Assembly (NCBI GenBank): GCA_010909165.1
Contig: VJWM01000409.1
Coordinates: 1 to 15,562 of the forward strand
DNA: 15,562 nt
From: Anthoceros angustus
Taxonomy: Eukaryota > Plantae > Anthocerotophyta
Direction: 5' to 3'
Each line of letters begins with the position of its first letter. Positions within the stretch are counted from its first letter, which is position 1. The translations under genes and the position numbers were made by a program. Shown piece after piece: positions 1 to 6,991 of the stretch. Under the pieces are notes generated by a model, which searched no databases, was not told the DNA's origin, and worked only from the letters and a program-made list of their open reading frames with translations.

Positions 1-486
1 ATGTTATGTCAGCAGGGGAAGCTGAGGCCGTTGGAGCCCTGGAATCTCTGGCGCAGACAGACTCTGCTGTCTGGTCTCTGTTGTACACTGTGCTGAAACT
101 GTGTACAGCTAAGAAGGATTTGGTTGTGGGGCGACGAGTTCATGATCTCACTGTCAAACTTGATTCGAATGCATACTTGGGAAAACCATATCTTGCGCAT
201 GTATGCATGTCTTAGAGGAGGCCATGGATGTGTTCACCAGGTGGGGAAACCAGATGCCTTCATGTGGTTTTCCATAATCTCTGCATACGCTAAGCATGGG
301 AAACCTAATGAGGCCATACAACTGTACCATGAGATGCGTAGGTCGGGAGTGAAGGCGAATGGTCACGTCTTTGTAGCTGCCTTACAAGCTTGTGCATTGG
401 CCGCCGACTTGGAATCTGGCAGGAAAGTGCACTCTGATGTTTTACACAGTGGCATTCCTCCTAACTTGTTTGTTGGCAACTGCCTG

Positions 487-1295
487 GTGGACATGTATGC
501 AAAATGTGGCGAACTGGAAGATGCACGCCAGGTTTTCGACAACATGGGGAGAAAGGATGTGGTGACATGGAATGCCCTGATATCTGGGTATGCAAAATGT
601 GGTGAACTGGAAGATGCACGCCAGGTTTTTGACAGCATGGCCACAAAGGATGTGGTGACATGGACGGCACTGATTGCTGGGTATGCACAGCAAGGGCTCG
701 GCCAAGAGGCGCTTGTCGTGTATGAACAAATGGAGCAAGATGGGCGTATTTTGGCTAACCATTTCACTTTGTCTTGCCTTCTGAAGGCCTGTGGAACCAC
801 TGGTGCATTACAGAAGGGCAGGCAGCTGCACTCACATATTGTGGAAAGAGGACTGCTGGATAACGTAGTGGTGAGCACCTGCCTGGTGGACATGTATGCA
901 AAATGTGGTGAACTGGAAGCTGCACGCCAGGTTTTTGACAGCTTGCCCAGGAAGGATGTGGTTACATGGACCGCCCTGATTGCAGTACAGCAAGCAAGGA
1001 CTCGGCCAAGAGGCGCTTGTTGTGTATGGACAAATGGAGGAGGCGGGCCTCGTTTTGGCTGACAATGTTACTTTTTCTTGCCTGTTGAAGGCCTGTGCGA
1101 GCACTGGTGCCTTACAGAAGGGCAGGCAGCTGCACTCACAGATTGTCAAAAGAGGACTGCTGGATGACGTAGTGGTGGGCACCTGCTTGGTAGATATGTA
1201 TGCACAATGTGGTGAACTGGAAGCTGCACGCCAGGTTTTCGACAGCATGAACACGAAGAATGTGGTGACATGGACCGCCCTGATATCTGGGTATG
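487..1295 (+). repeat. Intragenic tandem duplications of PPR-coding DNA: a 93-bp S/SS unit and ~306-bp P-L-S triplets
   Basis: tatgc(a)aaatgtgg(c/t)gaactggaag(a/c)tgcacgccaggtttt recurs at about 496, 589, 895 and 1199 (the last with gcacaa). cagaagggcaggcagctgcactcaca is identical at about 811 and 1116. Confidence 0.85.
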
Positions 1296-1684
1296 GTACT
1301 TGTGATGATGGTCAGAAGGCACTAGCTTGTTTTGAGGAGATGTTAGTTGCCGGTATTCAGCCTCAGGATGCCACTTTTACTAGCCTTCTTGCAGCATGCA
1401 GTCATGGGGGACTGGTCGACGAGGGTCGCAAGCACTTTGCTTCCATGGCTGAGCAGCATGGCATCAAACCTACTATGGAGCATTACACCTGCATGATTGA
1501 TCTTCATGGCCTGTTGTGGCTTGACGTCTGCTATTATAGATGAGGAGAAGCGATATAGTTTTGTTAAGCATGTTGGACCTCAGGAGGCACCTGCCTATGT
1601 GCTCATGGCCAATGCCTACGCAGATGCAGGTAGGTGGGTCGATGTAGACAGGATTGAGACACAGAGAGGGCAGCAGGAGCTAAC

Positions 1685-2089
1685 AAGAAACCTGCAGTGG
1701 CGACCATTGAGGTGGAGAAGCAGGTACATACATTTGTGGTAGGAGACAGGAGAGAGGATGTTGCGCGCAAGGTGGAGAGCATGAATGCACGTCTGAAACA
1801 CGACGGGGGCCACATACCTCACACAAGGTTGGTGTTGAAGCCAGTGTGCGAGAAGGAAAAGGAAGATGCTCTTTGTGGGCATGCGGAGAAACTAGCTCTG
1901 GCGTTTGGTCTTATGAATACTCCGAGTGGAACACCTCTGGTGGTGACAAAGAATCTACGCATGTGCAGTGACTGCCACAGTTCCACGGAGATCATGTCAA
2001 GGCTTGAACAGAGAGACATTGTTGTAAGGGATGGGTACCGTCTGCATCGATTTGCAGCTGGTTGTTGCAGTTGTAAGGGTCGACCATGA
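1685..2089 (+). CDS. DYW:KP deaminase-like domain, GRP C-terminal variant (open reading segment)
   Basis: aag aaa cct gca gtg gcg (1685-1702) = KKPAVA, the KPAxA motif that replaces the PG box. It is followed by HAEKLA (HxE), KNLRMCSDCH (CxxC) and HRFAAGCCSCKGRP-stop. Zinc ligands and the catalytic Glu are intact. Confidence 0.92.
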   Translation, partial: KKPAVATIEVEKQVHTFVVGDRREDVARKVESMNARLKHDGGHIPHTRLVLKPVCEKEKEDALCGHAEKLALAFGLMNTPSGTPLVVTKNLRMCSDCHSSTEIMSRLEQRDIVVRDGYRLHRFAAGCCSCKGRP

Positions 2090-2950
2090 GAATACGGCTT
2101 TCGCAAATTTGCTTGCATAACTCTGGAGATACCGTCCGAACTTGAGACATGGATGGCCAACCACTGATCCTGGCACCTCTCATCATCGTAACAGAAAGAA
2201 TCAGAGTGGAGGGGAGGACGGTGGGACCACGCCAGCGTGTGCCTCGTCCGGACTTGCTTGCGATCTTGGTGAACACGGGCTCAGAGCTTGGGGCTCCGGG
2301 TGCAGGCCCGTAAGTTGGCTCGATGCTGATCTCGGTATCTCCAGTTTATTCCGTGGGAGAGTGGATCGGTGATCCTGCCTGCATGAGCAAGTGTGGATGC
2401 ATGGTGTCTTCAGACAGGACAACTCCAACATCCCTGTCACTAGTTGGAACTTGACAGAGACTTGAGGGTCATTGAAACCCAGTACACAAGCTGCTTTAGA
2501 CGGCCATTCTGGAGTCTGGACAGCCAGGGCAGAGGACACGCGCTTTCCAGGTAAAAGCCCAGTTCTTACTTTTTTCGCAAAGGCCGCCACCTTATACTGC
2601 TTCATGAAGTAAGCGCCTGGTGTATATGATGCTGAAAATTGCCATGCGAAAAAGGTGCCGGGTCTGCACAATCACAGCAAGTCGGTACACTCGGTCTACA
2701 GACCGTACCTCGAGGGTGGTTCAACAGGGTAATGGCGAAATGATTACTTTTGAAAAAATAAGGTTCAGTAGAATTATTTACATTTATAAAATTTTTGATA
2801 TTTATAAAAAATAATTTTATTAAATTTTAAATTTTATTACAATACATAGGTATCTATATAGAACTAATAGATATGTATAGATCTCCAAAACAGGTCTCCT
2901 AATTTTCCACAAAATCTACTTTCTTGTTTTTGGCATCTTAAACTTGTAAA

Positions 2951-3442
2951 TGTTTACACATTGAGTAACACCTCTCAACGGGTGGAAAACCACGAGTTAG
3001 AAGCAAAACCAGAGTAATAATCAACTTATTACAAAGATTAGGCCTCCAAGTAGCCCGCCCTCCTCTTTCTAGGAGGACTCGCAGACATGACCCTGTCCCG
3101 CTTCTTTCTTAAATCACGAGTCAACAAGAACATACAGAGCTGGAGGGCTAGAGAGACTCCCCATCTTTGCCTAAGCTAGGAGCTTAGCTCTCTCCACTCA
3201 CCTCCCTCCACAAAGCTCCTTACAAGACCTCCCCTCTTACAAAGCAACAAGTGCTCTCACAACCCAGCAACAAGTGCTCTCAAGGCACAACTGAATTGTC
3301 TTTTAGCCTGTGGCGAGTCTCCTTTTATACTCAAGCCCTAGCTACAATCTTAATAACTTACTTAAGCTTAAGCTTTATTTACTACCACACTTCCCAGGGT
3401 GCACGTGCTAACATGCTCTTAGTGTACTGCTTCTTCTAAACA
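2951..3442 (-). mobile_element. Putative decayed solo-LTR-like segment
   Basis: Termini tgttta (2951) and taaaca (3442) are inverted repeats. TATA-like tataaaagg on the minus strand at 3321-3329. 17-bp direct repeat agcaacaagtgctctca at 3243 and 3266. Shares motifs with 4050-4523. No target-site duplication found. Confidence 0.35.
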
Positions 3443-4049
3443 TGCCTCCCGATGGAGCTTTCAAGCACCCTGCCTCACTTTGTTACTCATTGGGTTTTAA
3501 GTATAATTTTCAAATTTTAATTAATGCCGAATCATCCTTCGAGAATGCGGTAATCATTGACTTGGAGCGACTTGGAACCACAAATTCAAGTGGATCAAGA
3601 GCCTCTCAAATTTTGAAACACTGTAGTCATGAAAAATTTGATAAACGAAAAATGCTGATGTGATCATAAATTGATTTCTAAGAACAATGTGTAGACGCCT
3701 TGGTATTAGGCAGTTCAACTTATCGCACATGAGAAAGAAAGCGCATCAATATGAAAAGAGTTGCAATGGTTTCGCGGAGTTGCAAAGATTGTTAGTCGGA
3801 GACACAGACTTGATATTTAGGTCTAGGATTTAGGGTTTTCTGAACCCTAAAACAGACGGTTATATAGCTCCACACAGTCTCTGGTATACAAATGGCTAAG
3901 TGGAAAGAGCTTCGTCAACAAGCCCACAAATATTGGTATGCCTAGATAGGTATGCTAATATGACACATAAATCAAAGCAGGAAATACATTTTTTTGGTAG
4001 ATTTTCGTGTCCACCAAACAAAATTGGTAAAAAATATTAAAAGTAACCT

Positions 4050-4523
4050 TACTAGGAGGTTAGGGGAGGACTAAAGAGATAATAACACACAAGAACACCA
4101 ACACTAGGTGTCCAAGTCGCTCCACCTCCTTTGAAAGACGATCTTAGCGAATAACATGTCTACTCCAATTTATTATAGTAAGAGTCAACAAGAGTACATG
4201 AGATTGATGGGCTTCCATCTTTATCTCGAGCTAGGTGCATAGCTCTCTCCAATCTGCCTCACATAGTTCTCTCGACAATCTCCTCCTCACAACTCTCTTT
4301 CAGATACACACTCGAGGTTCCCATAGCCTCTAGGAACCCCAGTCCTATCCTCTACAAAAGTGTGGGCACAAGTGCTAGGAATTATTCCCTAGAGCTAGCC
4401 TCATCGCTTTCATCGGGTGGCTTATTTCCTGCCCAAGTACCTGCCTAAGATATACTAGCTTACTTAAGCCCTGAGCTAAGCCTCACTATCATTAACCACA
4501 TATTGCATATCTTGTTCTTGACA
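4050..4523 (-). mobile_element. Second decayed LTR-like segment related to 2951-3442 (left boundary uncertain)
   Basis: Colinear shared motifs gagtcaacaaga, ccatcttt, gctagg, tagctctctcca and cttacttaagc. Similar end: cttgttcttgaca versus cttcttctaaaca. Confidence 0.33.
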
Positions 4524-5041
4524 TTAGGTCCGTTGACATGACTGAACTGCTTAATCAACTAATCTCGCCAGAGTCTACCCAGGCTTTTAACTATAATTCC
4601 TTCCTAACCGAGACCAACGGGAGCACCCTAACGCTATGTTTGTGCAATGGTCTCAACTTCACCCCCTAGCCACATATCGGTGGCAACACTACCGTCCCAT
4701 CGAGCTCGGATATCGGCTCATCCAATCATGGCTAGCTACAAGCTACTATGACATAAGATTTGCACAATGATCAAGCTCGATTTTGGTACTTCAACGACAA
4801 AAAAGCTATCGAGTTTTTGGGGCAAGTTTATTGAACGACAAGTTTTGGCTTTCAAAGCCCCATACCTTTAAGTTAAAACATATAGCATTTTGTTTTTATT
4901 TTGATATTCTCAAATATGCCCAATTTATAATAACATTGGGCCTATTCACGTGATTCTCTGCTCGACCCTCATGTGCCCATTTTTGGGCATATGAGGCTCC
5001 TCATGTGAGTTGCCCTAAAACCACCCACTTTGAATTGATTT

Positions 5042-5423
5042 GAGTTGAGTTGAGTTGAGTTGAGTTGAGTTGAGTTGAGTTGGAGTTGAGCTGAGCTGAG
5101 CTGAGTTGAGCTGAGTTGAGTTGAGTTGAGTTGAGTTGAGTTGAGTTGAGTTGAGTTGAGTTGAGCTGAGCTTGGAGTGAGTTGAGCTGAGCTGAGTTGA
5201 GTTGAGTTGAGTTGAGTTGAGTTGAGTTGAGTTGAGTTGAGTTGAGTTGAGCTTGAGTTGAGTTGAGTTGAGCTGAGTTGAGCTGAGTTGAGTTGGAGTT
5301 GAGTTGAGTTGAGTTGAGTTAGGTTGAGCTGAGCTGAGTTGAGTGAGCTTGAGCTGAGTGAGCTTGAGCTGAGTTGAGCTTAGTTGAGCTTGAGTTGAGT
5401 TGAGCTGAGAGTTGAGTTGAGCT
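5042..5423. repeat. (GAGTT)n pentanucleotide microsatellite with GAGCT, GAGCTT and GGAGTT variant units
   Basis: About 380 bp (roughly 75 units) of directly visible tandem gagtt/gagct. Confidence 0.98.
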
Positions 5424-6098
5424 GTGAGTGAGGTGAAACGAAAAGAAACATAATTGCATTAAAGTCCATTAGAGTCCACCCTTTTAAAACATTAGGTCAA
5501 TGAGTTTCCTTTCCTACTTTCCATTTTTTACAGCGAATTACATGTTTTACATTTGTTTCATCCTCTGTGAAACCTATGAGAAACTCTATGTGAAATAAAT
5601 ATGTTCCACCCTTTTTTTGTTTTCGAGTTGAATTTTTTATATTTTAACTGATTCTCTATATATGTATGCTTCTTCCAAGGTTTACAGTCCTCATTTTGAG
5701 AGAGAAAGGTGGATTTCATTTCTAGTGTTAAAATCTTTCAATTCAATTATGACATCATGGTTGGCACCAGTCACTACTTCGTTTGTCGTATTATCAGTAT
5801 TGTTGTTGATTCTATTTTTCAATGCTCATAGAGAACAATTTTAAGAGTTCAAGGAAACTCGTTCATCTAATCGAGAAAATTCCAAAGCCTAGTGCATGCC
5901 ATCAATCGCCCATTTGTGAAGTCCTATAAAGTACGTACATCTTGATTTGCTCAAAATTATTTTTTATTGTTAGAGAGAAGTTTATTTTCTAAAACCGTCT
6001 TAAAGTTTTTAGATGATAGTAATGAGAGCCATGGTAGCGATACAAGTTTATAGTTTTTTCTTTTATGTTCTTTGTTGACGATAATATTTATGATACAG

Positions 6099-6182
6099 CT
6101 TTCGGATAATACCATTATCGATTGTGTAAAATTTGAAGATCAGCTCAGTCTCCAAGATCCTGTTATAAAGGAATATTTTGAG
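6099..6182 (+). CDS. Neprosin-like gene exon 2 (activation peptide, LSDNTIIDCVKFEDQLSLQDPVIKEYFE)
   Basis: atacag acceptor, gag|gtttgc donor, 84 bp in phase 0. Matches the family DGDIIDCV...QPAFDHP motif. Confidence 0.8.
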
Positions 6183-6354
6183 GTTTGCATTACCTATGTC
6201 ACGTATACTTTCAATATTTGGCCCAAGATGTTTGTAGATGCCTTAAAGGCATGTTCTAACATTTTCACTGTAGTTCTTCTCTACATAAGAATGAGATTAT
6301 TGTAGATGTCTTAAACCCATGTTTTGATATTTTCAATGCAATGATTTCATGCAG

Positions 6355-6606
6355 AAGAATGGATTTGGCAGTAATACTTCGTCACTTTCCAAAGGTTTCA
6401 AAAATAAATACTCAAACAAGACTATATCTAGCTTGTTTCAGAAGGAGGTTGGACATTGTCCTGAAGGAAGTGGTGCTATAGCTCGAGTGATGAATCCTGA
6501 GATTGATTTAGAACAATATCGATATGCAAAACGGAGGCCTTTCGTTTTTAACAACACAAGATTCAAATCTGTTAATGATTTAGACGGCTCGAAATATGAC
6601 CGTTGG
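6355..6606 (+). CDS. Neprosin-like gene exon 3 (contains CPEGSGAIAR)
   Basis: tgcag acceptor, tgg|gtaagt donor, 252 bp open. CPEG..I.R resembles the family CPEGTIPIRR motif. Confidence 0.8.
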
Positions 6607-6802
6607 GTAAGTTCTTTTCTACAATCCGTATCTTTGTACAAAATATTATCAAGTTGTTTTTAGTGGAGTGAAAGTGGGAATGTTAGATATTCAAACACGA
6701 CGATGGATAGGTGAATTTAAGAAATATTATATTAGATAATATTCTTAATTTCTTAGAAATAAATATTGGATTGACTTGCTAACTATTTTTTACTTTGGGC
6801 AG

Positions 6803-6991
6803 CATGCACTTGCTAGGTCCGATTTAACAGGGAATTCACTTGCATATTCGCAAGCTAAAGCAATCGGTGTATCAATGAATGTTTATCAGCCACAGCCTGT
6901 TAGATCTTATGATTATAACGATTTTTCACTGGGACAAGTATGGGTGGTAAATTTTGGTCAACGACACCAAACGATCGAAGTTGGATGGCAT
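6803..6991 (+). CDS. Neprosin-like gene exon 4 (start of catalytic domain, ...NVYQP...FSLGQVW...TIEVGWH)
   Basis: ggcag acceptor, cat|gtaagt donor, 189 bp open. Contains the IExGW catalytic-Glu motif. Confidence 0.85.

Larger units (their letters stand above)
1..2089 (+). pseudogene. PLS-class pentatricopeptide repeat RNA-editing factor with C-terminal DYW:KP (GRP-type) domain; frameshifted as sequenced (pseudogene or assembly indels); may begin upstream of the window
   Basis: Stitching frames gives MLCQQGKL/EAVGALESLAQ..., then motifs L-S-P-L-S-SS-P-L-S-P-L-S-P2-L2-S2(truncated) (e.g. VVTWTALIAGYAQQG, LVDMYAKCGELEDARQVFD, FTSLLAACSHGGLVDEG), an E2-like segment (AYVLMANAYADAGRW) and the deaminase domain. 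Frame switches near 24, 183, 210, 241, 985, 1505 and 1668. The stitched path has no in-frame stop and needs no intron. Confidence 0.93.

Noticed and set aside
154-1882. Minus-strand ORFs 154-366, 363-893, 442-762, 461-688, 832-1254, 1603-1815 and 1616-1882
   Set aside because: Antisense shadows of the repetitive PPR coding sequence. They have no independent protein features.
1-2089. Programmed ribosomal frameshifting or introns as an explanation for the split PPR ORFs
   Set aside because: There are about seven shifts in both directions, no slippery heptamer plus structure, and no room for introns because the motifs are contiguous across the breaks.
2142-2814. ORFs 2142-2372 (+), 2201-2671 (-) and 2620-2814 (+) downstream of the PPR stop
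   Set aside because: No recognisable domain, splice pattern or compositional signal. Most simply 3' UTR or intergenic sequence.
3829-3851. Telobox-like hairpin tttagggtt-ttctg-aaccctaaa
   Set aside because: Single 9-bp stem with no telomeric array and no nearby gene start. Common low-information plant motif.
3563-4124. Exact 14-bp inverted match tggagcgacttgga (3563-3576) / tccaagtcgctcca (4111-4124)
   Set aside because: About one such match is expected by chance in a 15.5-kb window. It does not extend and there is no TSD, so it is not called a TIR pair.
5042-5423. CRISPR-like or telomeric interpretation of the GAGTT array and of the 59-bp sub-repeats at 11341/11400
   Set aside because: No unique spacers, no cas genes, and a eukaryotic context. 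The unit is not TTTAGGG or TTAGGG.
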